From assembly GCA_003344405.1 (NCBI GenBank), contig NOWV01000010.1, positions 992,001-1,056,000 on the forward strand: DNA of 64,000 nucleotides, given 5' to 3'. This DNA is from Trichoplax sp. H2 (Eukaryota). The stretch's first letter is position 1. Every line of letters starts with the position of its first letter. The translations under genes and the position numbers were made by a program. This document shows, one piece after another, positions 43,801 to 56,829 of the stretch. Below the pieces are notes generated by a model. That model was not told where the DNA came from and did not search any database. It saw only the letters and a program-made list of their open reading frames with translations.

Positions 43801-46800
43801 GCCCTACCCTAAATATTCTATGACAATTTAGCTAGTAAAAAATGCCGACCAATTTATCACAGGGTAGTACGTAATGGTTTACTTATTATGTATTCTTAAT
43901 TATATGCATTCTATGTAGGATTTCAACGTGGAATATCTCCGGCATTAGACCTGCATTTTCTTGCTAAGGAAGGTGATAAACTGGCTAAGAAAATTAATTT
44001 TTTAAATCCTAGCCAAGAAGATGCTCCTCTTCTGTGGTTTATAACGACCCTTTGCAAAACTTCTGCAATGGTATAAAAAATTACTTGATACAGTATTTGT
44101 GTTGTCTGAGCTAGAAATACTTAACCTTCAAATAGTAATTAAAAAATTTTTCTCATATTTATGGTAATTGCACATTCTTGTAAATTTTCAGGATTTAGTT
44201 GCCAGTACTGACGTTGCTGATGCGTTAGTAGGTACTAGCCTGGGACAAAACCCTGGTTTATCATTTCATCAAGTAAGGGCTGCACCTGTCTACACATTAT
44301 TACATTTATGTGTATACCAATAGCATCATTTACCTTTGGACCTGCAATTTAAAAATTTTTTAATCTTGTATCTATTCAGAAGTACTATTAACAAAGCTAT
44401 AGCGAATAAGTTTAAAAATTATATATTTTAATTTAGATCCAAAGGGCAATCAGGGAAACTATTGATATGATTAAAGCTCAAACCCAATTTAGCATGTATT
44501 GCTACAATTTATTAGATAGAGCTTCCCGGCTACGGAAGGAAATCAAAGACAGCATTATGGTAAACGAGACTTAAACATACAATTATAAGAGAAACGTCAC
44601 GTAGGACGAATAGAGTATAATGGCAATACTTTCAAGTTATATGATAATTTAGCCACCATTAAGGAACGAAAAATCAATAATAGTTTTAGCCTTTACGTGT
44701 GGCTATTAAATTTCACACACTCATAAAGATTTGATCTATTTATAATTTTAACTTAATGTATAGGAAATAGCGGAATATTCACCACGAACTGCAGATAAAT
44801 CTCATAGCCTTTTAAACAAGTATGATACTGGATATGGGCGCATTTTTGCATGTAACATTCACCATCAAGCAACTTTAAGCAGCAATTTACAATTAGAACA
44901 TTTCCCTATGTCACAGTGTACTTCTATGCCGACTTTGACTTATATTAACTTTTCTGATAATTGTATTACTCATCTACCAGCAGAATTCTTTCAGACATTT
45001 ACTCAACTTCTGTCCTTGAACTTGAACGGAAATTTACTCTCTTGTTTACCTAAAGGGATTAGTAAATTGAAAAAATTAAAATATTTGAATTTATCCAACA
45101 ATAAATTGACCGATTTGCCCGACGATTTCAAAGATTGCAGTCGAAATTTGCAGGAGTTAAATCTTGCCAGCAATTACTTAACATCTTTACCTAATTATAT
45201 TGGCAGCTTTATAAGCCTATTGGAGCTTGATCTTAGCTATAATCTCATTTCATCTTTACCCACCTCTCTATGCCGATTAACATCGTTAATAACCTTAAAT
45301 TTAGCAGGTCATCAACTCAAAGTACTACCATCGGGCTTAGATCAGTTATCATTATTGAAAAATTTAAATTTAAGTGGCATGCCAGTCATGGAGATTACTG
45401 AAGCATCGGTTTTACATCGAAATAACATGAGGGTTACATTAACCAAAGGTCAACCGAATCGACCTGTTAACGGATATGATAACGATGTAAGTAAATACAA
45501 TATTCAAACGAATCTAATATAAAATTTTGGGCACTGTTACAATACAAGATATCATACAAGTGTCGCTCGTATATGGTATCTCAAGGAGTATTAACCATTA
45601 TTAACTTATTAACAGGATTATTTAGATCTCTTTCAAGCTTGTGATGAAGATGGCAATCATGTTCTGGATTATCTAGAGTTAAATAAGCTGAATAACCTGC
45701 TATTTACTAAAATTGTCCGTTTGAACGAAATGTTTGATGAGAATAATGACAATCAGCAAAATGCATGGCCAATATTGGGACTTAAGAATCTGGAGAATTT
45801 AACGCTAGATTACTTGCCTATAAGATCAATCCCTGAAGATTTTGGAAACTGTTTAACCAATTTGAAAACATTAAGTTTACGCCATTGCTTACTATTGGAA
45901 TCGTTACCAGCATCATTAGGGGGATTGCATCTAACAAAGCTAGAAATTGTTGGTACAGAAAAAATGAGAACTCCGCCACCTGAAATCACAGCTAGAGGAT
46001 TAAATTCAGTGATGGCCTACTTAAAGCGCTTATCATATGGATCATCAGAATGTAAGCGTACCAAACTTATGATGGTAGGACTTGGAGGAGCTGGCAAAAC
46101 TAGGTATAAAGGCGTATACATCTTAAATAGTTTTATAGTAATCTTAACTGAATTTATAACATCTACTATGGCCGCGAAATTACGTTACTGATACTGTATA
46201 TTTGTTCTATTCTTGCTATCATTTGTCCGGTGTATATATATACTTGTCTAATGTCTATCTTAATTCATTAATATTATTACATAAATACCTGATAAATTTA
46301 TGCCAGTAATTAGTTCTTGCCTCTTAAGGCAGTTATTAGTATAGTGTAAAATATGACAGAAATTTACCAATGACATTTTTTAATTAAAATTTTTTCCAGT
46401 CTGTCTCGGTCGTTAAGATCAGCTTCCTTTAGTGATAAAACAACTGGTGAAGAAGCCATTACTGATGGAATTGATATTGCCATTTGGACTGTTGAAACAC
46501 CTGATAAACAAAAAATTGAATATAGTTTATGGGATTTCGCAGGACAGACATTATATTATAATACACATCAGGTTAGAATAGAATTAATTTGAAATAGCTT
46601 ATCTTTATTAACTAATTAATATACAGTATTCTCTGATAACAGACATACTATACGTTGCAATGATAAAACTTAATGATAATATCTTAATATTATTTATTAT
46701 CCATATATAGTTTTTCTTATCCAATCGTGCAGTGTACCTGCTGGTTTGGAATACACGTCTTGGCTACGAGCATGCTGGTTTGGAATTTTGGCTTAGCTCT

Positions 46801-49800
46801 ATATCTTGTCATGCCCCAGAAGCTCCGATTTTTGTTGTTGGTACACATTGTGATAAAGTAAGTACGGAAGAAAATGAAAACTAAAATAGACCAGAAGTTA
46901 AACTATCAAAATTTTATTAGTATTAATTGTAAAGTAAGCTTTAGTTCTGAACAATTAACAAGGTTGAAAAAAGTGAAATACCAAAAGGTCGCCTCCAAAA
47001 GTTTTATCCGCAGATCCAAGGCTTTTTTACAGTTAGCTCAGCAACTGGCCAAGTTAGTATTGTAGATTAGCAGTGCCCTAATGAATTCATTATAGGAACA
47101 AAATCTTTGACTTTTACTAAATCGCCTTCTTTAGACCTTCCTAAAAACTTTGTCATAGAGCGATACCACGATAGAGTCAATTAGTAAACTGGAAGGCATA
47201 AATAGTCTCTAATTATATAATTAAATTTCCAGTTTATCTTCATCGTAAATGATATCATTTTTCAATTTACGGAGCAAGTTTTGCATCATCTGGTCTTGTA
47301 AGTCCAATTATTTTGATACCTTTAGGGCATCCAAAAACTTTATGGCGATTTAATCGCTGTTACGTTGAAGCAAAAGTACATGGGTGAAAAAATTCCAAAC
47401 ATTTGGTTGGAGTATGAGAACTCTATTATAAGGTGAAATAGTTTGGAAGTCCTGTAAATTAAATTCATTATGAGATGTAAATATAGAAATTACTTAAAAT
47501 AATTTTCCAGTAAGAGGTTTACTATCAGGCTTAATCTTTGATATTTGCCTATTCTAGATAAGCTTTAGATGGTACATGACTTTACATTTATAAAAATGAA
47601 AATATTAATATATATTAAATCGTTAAATAAATTAATAGCTGCCGTAATAGGAGTAGTGTCCTATCGTGGAAGGAGATAACAGAAATTGCTTGCAACCATG
47701 GAATTTTCCAAGATGATGAAGTAATTTCTATATGATAATTAATTGGATTCTCATGTATGTGTTTGAAACTGAAATTTATAGAGATAGTAAAACAACAAAT
47801 CTCCTTCTCGGTTGCCCTCTTTAGCATCTTAAGTAGTTCAGTGACATCCCATTTTAATTACCGTAAAGTAAGTGTAGAAACAGCTTTGCAGCATCGCTTA
47901 TACATGAACCAACGCCAATTTGATTAGGTATACAAATAAATAGCATACGTATTATGAAAATAAACCTCATGTTTAATCATAGGAGAGAGCATGTGAAAAC
48001 ACGAGCAGTTTAATGGAGTCCGTTGTGTAACTCGGAATGCTAACAATTGCTCATCATCAACTACAGTAATCGCATATTTCCATTGCATTAACTATATAGA
48101 CATAAAATTAGACTAAAATATGCGCAGATAATATTAGAAAAATTACCATTACCTAAATGCGATCGATACTAATCAACTACTTCTATATATTATTAACTAT
48201 CACTTCTTAATTAAAATTATTACGATACGTTATTAGATTCGCGAAGCTGTCAAGTTACTAACAGATCTTGGATCAATCCAACATTTCGATACGGAAATGT
48301 TAAGAGAGGTAGTTGTAATCAATCCTCAGTGGATTGTAGATGTTATGGCTTGCGTTGTATCGGTCCACGATAGCCCTATAAAGGTAATTATGTAAGGGAA
48401 ATCAACCATTACCTTTTAAAATATTTAACTTGCAGTTATACCTATCGGCAACTTCTATCTAACAGTGAATGTTGTAACTGAATTCATGTTTGCATTGCTT
48501 CTTATTAATGATAAAAGACCGACTTCATATAATTCATTATTTTATAGAATGGTCGATTTCATCATAGTGACATGCAAAAGATTTGGTCAAAATATAATTC
48601 CAACTTACATAAATGGTTATTGGGCCTGACTGAACAATTCGATCTAAGCTTCTCACTACCTAATAAAAACACTAATTTAGTTCCATGCTTGTTAAACGAT
48701 GATGACGAAGAAGTAAGTATTTTATTTTTCAATACAAGTGCTTGAAAATTTTAATAATCGGATGCAAATTATAAGATTGAATCCAAACTTGTTCTATTTC
48801 ACGTTCTTCAAATTTTACTTCGTTATTAGACTGATGATTTAGATAAAGAAACCTTAGAAATGGACGGTATGAAGGAAACTAAAATGGTTTATACTTTTCA
48901 GTATCTGCCAGCAGGCTTATTTAATCGACTGCAGGTATGACCATGTTATAACGTTACTTTTCACATCCAGCTATAGTTAAAAGGATTTAGAATTTTGATG
49001 AACGAATCATAACATTAGGTCATAATACAAATTTTGTTACTTTGTAAATGTTAGGTTCGGCTATGTGAATTTACTGAAGACCAAACTATTAGCAAGCGAG
49101 GATCCAAATTAAAGAAGAATGGAAATTTTGCCGTCTTAAAACAATCAGAGTTAGTGATATAGCTAAAATTTCTTGTTTGACCTTTTTAGATATTAGATTA
49201 AACCTTTCATGGCTGTCATGTGAGAAATTAATTTTTTATATAGTCTTTTGAAACTCATATGGTCTCAAATAGCTAAAATTTCCCATTTAATTCTTTCTAG
49301 ACTTGAAATTAAGAGTTTTTTAGTTCTATTTAAATGTATTGATTAATTTATAAGTACTTAGCCTCAAGGTAAAACTTGCATTATCAAGATTTATCAGAAT
49401 TTCACGTTTAATCTTCTCTAGAAGCAGAGTTAAAAGTTTTGCTTACTTGAAAGCAATAGATTTATTTATATACAGTTCATTTAAGATAGTAAATATAATG
49501 TAAAAGGAAACAATCTATCAATTTACTGACATCTCCCAATCTATATGAATAACATTACTACCTTATCGATAATATCATGAATACCGAAATTAGGGCATTA
49601 AAATACGAGTATTGATTACAGTCGCACTCCGCTAACAGCCAGATTTACTGGAATTATTTAAGATTTCTTAGTAAATAAGAGTTTGATAATTAGCATTTAA
49701 TTATATCTGGAACATTCATACGCCTATAATCACAAATTGCCTTCCTTGCGACAACTGAAATTATATGTCCAAAATTAGAATTTCATTTTAATTTATTTGC

Positions 49801-52800
49801 ACACTTATCAGTTTGAAATTCACTCATAATCAGCTGTTTACGAGTTAATGACGAATTACCATGCGTTTGCTTACCTTCTTGTGTCATAAGAGATTACTCA
49901 CCTTTAATAACTGGAATTATTGATCAGAGAATGATTTAAGATTATAAAGTATACTTACTGATCTATTTATTTCATATAATGGCAATAGAAATAACTTAAT
50001 AGACCTTAACGTCAATGGTTTACGACCTGAAAATATGCTGTATCTAGTCAATGAGGTTTTGGAATCGTTAACTGCAGACGCTTTTCATGGCGTTCATTTT
50101 TACTATTTGGTACCTTGCCCTCACTGTTTACAAAATGTAAAGTTAACAAGTTTTATTTACTTTAGAGCTAGATTATAATTAAGTTTTGAAATGTTAAATA
50201 CTAATATGAGATCATGTTTTTGCATGATGGCGTAGGGATCTCGCGATCCATCCATGTTTTCTTCTAAGCGAATACGTAGGGCAAGAGAAGTCAAGGCGAT
50301 ATTTCTGCAATGTGATGCCAATTTCCATACAGTTTCCATTTCAGAGTTAGAAAGTATGGCATTATTTCTACTTAAAACTATGTTATAACTTAATCTTGTG
50401 ATCCTGATTACACAAATTTTGCAAGATGGAGATGCTTGAATGCATACTAAGATTATAAATACAATATATATACTATATTTGATACCAAAATCAAGGAATC
50501 TTACCACCAACATCCAGTGATGAATTCGACGTTCACTTACAAAATGCAATGCAAGGCTTGGATGCTTTAAGCGATAGTATTATGACAGACGTATACGTAA
50601 GTTACTGCGAAGATGATTTACCTGCAGAAGAAAATTCTAATGAAACATTACATGTCAAGAGACTGATGAAATCACTAGAGGGTGAAGGCTATAAATGGTA
50701 AACAGAATAGCGATTTTAATAATACTCTCCAGTAAAATGAAATATTAAGAGTTTCTACATAGAAAACAGATGTTGGCTAATGTCATTTAATATTTAAAAT
50801 TAATTTATGATTAAGCTATTCTCTAAGAATACGTTGCTTTTTATTGCTCCTGTGAACAAAGTGTTTCTAATAAAAATCTTACCTTTATTAACTCATGAGT
50901 TGTTAAAAATTATATCAATGTAGACGATGGAGATATGTGAAAATTGATATTGATATAAATTTTGATTTAATAGCGATGCTAGAGATTATCGAGAAAACTA
51001 TAGCCTAGAAAATATAGCTGTTGGAATGAAACAGTCACGAGTAAGTTCGTAGTCTATCCCTAGATAGCTTCTAGGTTACAACTTTCATGAAATAATTTCG
51101 AATGCATCTAACCCACTTACGCTATTTTAATGAGAGTCTAAATCCAAATATGTTTGATGTTGAAGAAATAATATCTATTTTAGGTCGATAATAGCTACTT
51201 TAATGTTAATAATAGTGCGCAAATTTTAGCCAAATATCCATGTGAATGTTTCTTTATTTAAACTGAAAATTCGAGGAGATAATAATCAATCAATCTGATT
51301 TCTAATCATTGCTCAATTTAGGCTATTATAATTATGTTGTCTGATAATTATGAACGTAATGAACAGTGCCGATCTGAATTCTCTCATGCTTATGAACTGT
51401 TAAAAAAACCAATCATTTTAGCGGTTATTGGTAAAACTAATAATTGGACAAAAACAAATCTTGGCTTTCTTGTATCTAGTATGGTAAGAAGTGAATATCA
51501 TAAGCCTAAAACTGTTTTCTTTGTTCATACATAGGCATTCTTTAAAAATTTTATATGTTATTTCACATAATGCTGTTACTAATATGATATATTTTATCTA
51601 CCAGTTATATATAGATTTTTCCAATATGCAATTATACAATGAGAAACTAGATGAAATTATTGATCAAGTAGAAAAAAAGACCCATAAGAAAGTGGTAAGC
51701 ATATAATCATTAGGTAATTTAAATAAACATATTAAATGGAAGGCTTTCATCACGAGTAATAACACCTACTAATTGGGTTTCATTATTGATTTTATACGTG
51801 AATATATATTATTGATTTCTTTCCTTTAGCAACATTTGCAGCAGACGGATTGCTTTATTAGTTACTGCTGGAAAAATTCAGCCAATGCTTGCGAATTAGG
51901 AATTCAGCAGGTGGATGGTGCAATTGGAAAAGGTTTGTGAACTATCCAGCTAATATAATGTAAATCTATATTGAACTCACACTTTCAACTAATAAATTGA
52001 ACGCGTCTAAGTTTTCAAAGTCTTTTGTAGCCGATATAGACGGGATTAACTTTAAATTATGTGTCTTGAACTGCTAATAGCTAAATTGTTTATATGAATT
52101 AATATAATTAATCTAATTTGCACATTTACTATAATTCTCATAATGGCAGTTGATCCTAGAGACTTGAAGGATCAACTGAAAGCAAAGGGAATAACTTGTT
52201 GGATGGACATAGAACAGCTAGGAAAGGTATTAGCACATCCATTACTCAGAAGAAATAAGTTTTTATAAAAACTTGCAGATGATTCATTATGAATTTTCTA
52301 TACTTTTTTTAAAAGATTAAATACTTGAAAGTTATCGTAATTGACTTGATCTACTTATATGCAAACTAACCAACGTTTAAATATTTGTGGTATTGGTATA
52401 ACTTTCTTCAGGCGGGTTTATTTGAAGAAATTTCCATTGGTCTACGGAAATCAAAATTGTTTGTAGCTTGTGTTTCCGATGAGGTAAAGCTAGCTTTGAC
52501 ATAATAGTTTATGTATGTTATATTATCGGTTGCAGATGGTTTTATAACATAATATTAATTTACTAGAACTTCTCTAATAACTTTGCTTTATAACAATAAT
52601 TTGCTCTATTAGATTAGGTATCATTTATTAAATTTCTTCGTTCGCTTTTAATAGTACGTGAAATCCAATAATTGCATAATGGAATTTCGGTTTGCTGTGA
52701 CTACATTACGACTACCAACCGTTTTAGCCATTATAGGAACAGGCATCAAATGGCAGTATTCAGAAGTACGAATAGGATGAGATTACTTTAATTTTTTATT

Positions 52801-55114
52801 ATAAGTTTATGTAAGGGTTTCAATTAAAAAACTTTAAAGTATAGCTAGCTGAAGAATAATTTTATTGTCGACGGGTATTTTATAGGTTGGAATGTTGGCA
52901 GCTAATTTGCCCATGGTAAGTGCCATATTCTTTTACAGTAATTAATTAAGTTAAATTAAATAAATGAATAAAAAATAATTATTAAATCCTTAAAATCTTT
53001 TTATATATACTTGTACAGTTCAATTTGCAAGGAAATGATTCAGAAATGTCGTCCGAAAAACTTCTATCATTCATAGTGGAGAAAATTTCTACTTTAATCA
53101 AGCCCGAAGACAATCTATTGGCAACAGCCCCTAATATTGGAAAGGAAAGGAAATTACAGGACCGATCAGCCCAATTTCAGGTAAATTTAATGGATAGTAA
53201 ATAACTACAGTGAAAGTTACATTGTTACGTAAAATCATTATTACTGCTGATAAAAATTTGCGACATGATACTACGAGACACAGTATATCGACATCTGATA
53301 CTCTGACACTGCTAGATACAGAAATAATTTTCAATTTTATCGCTATAAGAATATCAAGTGGTTGATTCTTAATATTATAATGTTTAAGAGATTAATCTGG
53401 CATGATTTAGATTATTGTATCAAATTCATAACTTACGCTAAGAGATATTGTTTTATTTATAAAATCTTGATTAAGTAATTGCTTTCTCTACGATTTAATT
53501 ACATATTATCGATGCAATATTCACTTATATTTTGTAAGGTAAAATGATATCATTGAGAAATATTGCGGTGAATTTAAGAAATTTTTATTCTTATAGGAAA
53601 TGCTTGAATTAGCACAGCGAAATTTAATTCGCCAAGTCAGCAGTGTAGCTAATAGAATATCGACATCGTACCCTCGGCTATTCCTCATCGATTGGGACGA
53701 TAAACATGACGTAATACACGTATATTGCGGATAACTTATTTGACTGAATTTTCATTTAACTATGAAATTAAAATACGGTTAACAAGCATTTTAAATCGCA
53801 TTAAATTCGAGATGTGTTGTTACTATTTAGTAATTGATACTAAAAATTGTGTATTAAACAATCAATAGATTTACAAACTGCTTTCAACTATCGTCTGTGT
53901 CAGTCTGATAGTCACAATTAATGAAGTAAAATTAAAATTTACTCCATCATGAAGACTATCAATATCGAAATAGGAATCTTTGCAACTGATCCAATTTTAT
54001 CAACTTAGGGATCAGCAAATTTGGAATCCTCTAGAGAGTATTACATAAAAGTATTATGTGAGCATGAAGAGGTAAATTGCTTTACAGATATTATTATGAT
54101 ATCTTATGTCGCATTTAGTGCAGATAACTGGATGATTTTCTAGTAGACAAAAGTATAAATAGATTAAAAGGCAAGCGTAAAATGAGTAAAGGTTACGCAT
54201 AGAATTGCTATATATTATTCATACGATTAATTGGATAATTTTTATTGCAGGGTTGGCATTGTCCAGAAAGTGGAGGCACATTTCCCATCCCAGGTGGTTC
54301 ATCACAAATGAAATTGTTGGTAAAAAATACAGCAAAACATTTACTTCGAGTTATGTCTATCATGAAGCACAACAATACAGGATTTAATTCGCTTAATCAA
54401 TCGAATGAAGATGAATTTTTTGATTATGTAGCATCGGTATGTTACAGAGTTTATATTATAAATGTTATAAATTCCAACTTTCAACAAAATCAATTTATAA
54501 TCAAATGATTAACCAATTATCCCTCCCTCCTTTACTAGGCTGCTAAATCAAGTGATCTTAATATCGGACTTAATTTTACATCTTTCATATCATTTATGGA
54601 TGAATTAAAAATTGAAAATATCGGATTATCAAGGTTAGTAGATAGATTCACTAACTATAGCTCGCTGACCATAAAAATTATAAGTACGTATAACTGGTGT
54701 TGACTTCTGTCTTTAACTGTTCTTTTCTTGCTTCTATGCAAATAACTAGTGTGTGTGCTTTATATCCAGTTTGTGCACTGCTCCACTGTGATCATCTTTA
54801 ATCATACTAAAGCTATTAATTGTAGTCATCAATTTCAATTTTGTTGTTCTATCAAATACAGGACTCATCTTCCGAATGGTAAAGTGTTATGGTTATGCGA
54901 CAAGCATAAAGCTGCTAAACATTTTACTTTAGATCATCTAAGTAGTGACTCATCGAATCAACAAGCCAAGCAGATTAATCATGTCGCTGATGTTCAACAA
55001 CCAAGTGTTACATTGGCAAAGCCAAGGACTAAATTTGCAGCAGCTGCAGTTACTGTAGCGGCATCCCAGGGATTATCCAAGAGTTCAAAGTCTAGCGTTT
55101 GCTCTGTTATGTAA
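31875..55114 (+). CDS. Giant kinase-less Roco-family protein: LRR-Roc/COR(degenerate)-Cys rich-SPRY-SH3-MBT-Tudor-Tudor-LRR/EF-Roc-COR-TIR-TIR-Cys/His domain-CaaX; >50 exons, ~2,800-3,000 aa
   Basis: GT-AG exons join in compatible phase from a probable ATG at 31875 to TAA 55112-55114. The second Roc is canonical (KLMMVGLGGAGKTSL, TDGIDI, WDFAGQTLYYNTHQFF, VVGTHCDK) and its COR reads VVINPQWIVDVM. The start and a few small exons are uncertain. Confidence 0.85.
32308..32771 (+). other. Roco gene: N-terminal cysteine-containing (FBXL/AMN1-type) LRRs
   Basis: CPKIATLICDGCNNLTDAVFQSLIEYCQDLTTISFNYCPKLTHKAL. Confidence 0.85.
32901..37447 (+). other. Roco gene: first, degenerate Roc-COR module
   Basis: P-loop RINVIGNRGVGKST. 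WLNLVNYKCPNSITILVGTHAE parallels Roc2 WLSSISCHAPEAPIFVVGTHCD. COR-like LKHLHLQGKLFFLDSFADPFVIFNKSWL, LSWKEGVLL and VACPNC. No DxxG G3 motif seen. Confidence 0.7.
38170..38857 (+). other. Roco gene: SPRY-like domain
   Basis: FGLVSEHHDSRLPPGFTDKSVGFSLIDNKLF..KLSCCLD..VSFVVD..GYYPMI matches the SPRY PGW..S.gy/GCG/yP pattern. Confidence 0.7.
39050..39870 (+). other. Roco gene: SH3 domain (two exons)
   Basis: VVIKDYSKLNTNYIASSIGEIVHILEKTNNDHYKAKNLSEQSGLIPIDCIK. Confidence 0.7.
39962..42408 (+). other. Roco gene: MBT-like repeat followed by two Tudor/chromo-barrel domains
   Basis: LQKGDWIE..IDSPNIHPLGWALSTKYEVTSPTG (MBT); KGQRVEIKYSSSWYKGTV..KIHYDGWQDSYDE; KVGDKVEAKWHSTWYKATI..FVRYDGYSSSWDTW. Confidence 0.75.
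40740..41225 (-). mobile_element. Probable solo LTR (~486 bp) inside a Roco-gene intron, antisense to the host
   Basis: On the minus strand it starts TGTAGTG and ends CATCACA. TATAAATA (40978-40985) lies upstream of AATAAA (40825-40830). Flanks are GTATT/ATATT (4 of 5 match, possible TSD). A second copy is at 1-421. Confidence 0.6.
44908..46030 (+). other. Roco gene: typical LRR array interrupted by an EF-hand-like motif
   Basis: Repeated LxxLNLSxNxLxxLP. Loop DEDGNHVLDYLE at 45643-45678. Confidence 0.9.
46053..50350 (+). other. Roco gene: canonical Roc GTPase and COR domain
   Basis: G1 GLGGAGKT, G2 TDG, G3 WDFAGQ, G4 GTHCD, G5 VSS. COR MGEKIPNIW, LTDLGSIQHF, LPAGLFNRLQVRL, LVPCPHC. Confidence 0.95.
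50495..53180 (+). other. Roco gene: two tandem TIR (TIR_2-like) domains
   Basis: TIR1: DVYVSY..IAVGMKQSRAIIIMLSDNYERNEQCRSEF. TIR2: DCFISYCW..LKAKGITCWMDIEQLGKAGLFEEISIGLRKSKLFVACVSDEYVKSNNCIMEF. Confidence 0.9.
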
Positions 55115-56829
55115 AATTTGGCTGTATATTTTTGTTACAATTACATAGACAAACTCGACTAGGAACTCCTTAAAATAATTCTCCTTTTTAAAAAACTCTC
55201 AAGTATTCCTTATTAATGAGTAAAACTGTTTCAAGAGTACCAGACTCGATTCTGTTCGACATCTTTTAAACTTATTTATCATAATTTAAATATGATTACT
55301 ATTTCAACATCAGCTCTACTAATAATAGATACAATACTCTGTCATGTTGGATAAGTGATTGACTATTGATCAATAATTTGAGTATAGCATCTCCGAATAG
55401 ATTATTCACACGATATTCACCCCAAATTGTCAATAGATTGTTTGACTTAACTAGCGATGATATAATATTTACTTTATTTTTTCCTTTAATGAAACTTTAT
55501 CTGTACTATTCATTTATAAACTAACTGTAGATTCTAGACCAGACGAAAATGATTGAGAAAAATCATTTAAAATGTAACATTGCCTTTACCGATAAGTACA
55601 TCTAACGTAATGTAAGTGAACTTGTATTCATATAACTTGATCTTACCTTATTGTTTATAGCATCGTCATAATATTTCATAGCGCAACGTATTTGTACTCT
55701 TGATTATTCATAGTGGTTGATTGTAGATTATAGACCAAGCAGAATAACTATATAATGTCGATTAAGACGCAATTTATTCTTGTTGATCAGTCGGTCAAGG
55801 TATCATAAGTGAGCTTGGATTACATGATTGTATCATATCCTGTATAACGGCACTTGCCACTCTATTTAATGTTAGGAATCATAAATTAATTATTATAGAT
55901 CAACGAAACGATTGGACAAGATTATTGTTTAAAATACAGTTTATTGCTACTGATGACTTGGTCTAATGTACTGTAAATGAGTTTGGATTGATATGATGGC
56001 ATCTTTGTTGTGTTACTGATATTTATCATGAAGTTTTATGACAGTAATCATAAATTATAGGTCAACAAACCATCTAGATAGGATCGTTTAAAATGATATT
56101 TATCCCTACGGATGAGTTGATCTAATGTGCTACAGTTATGCTTGTATTGACGCAATTGCATCTTGTGGTGTTTATATCGTTTGTTATGACATTTTATGGC
56201 ATCTTTATATCCTCGATTATTTGTAGAGGATGACTAATGAAGATAATAAGCATAATTTGGCAATAGTTTTGATATACCGTAATAACCTCTAAACCCATGT
56301 TCCAAAGGAACTTGTACTGTTTATCCATGAGTTTTAAGTGATTCTAATTACAAGCTTTTAACCGTGGATATTTCGATCGTCTATTTTCCTTGTTATATTA
56401 TTATTTCATTATGCTCATATTTTCTTTGTCATGTATTACGTATGATAACAATTATACACTCATACTAAAAATAAAATATATAGATTAGAACAACGAATAA
56501 AGTACTATTATAAGAGGATTGATAACTATAGTGTCGACCAACTTCTGGTGATATCCTTTTGTGTTCAAATGTGCTGTAGTAAAGCTATAATAATTAGGAC
56601 TGATTTATACATTTAACCTACGATGTATCAATATAGTATTACTATTTATATGTATGCTATGGTATAGACCAACTTCTACTGATATCATTTTATGTTCAAA
56701 TGTAGAGTATTCAAGTTTTAAGAATATTAGGATTAACTTATACATCCAACCTACAATGACGACGTTCGGTAGTGTTATAAGGTATACATGCACAATAGTA
56801 CATATAGTCTAGTTAACGTAAGATGAGCT

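Noticed and set aside
50350-55114. Calling the Roco gene LRRK1/LRRK2, DAPK1 or MFHAS1
   Set aside because: No kinase, WD40 or death domain is seen after COR. TIR domains are there instead, so no gene symbol is given.
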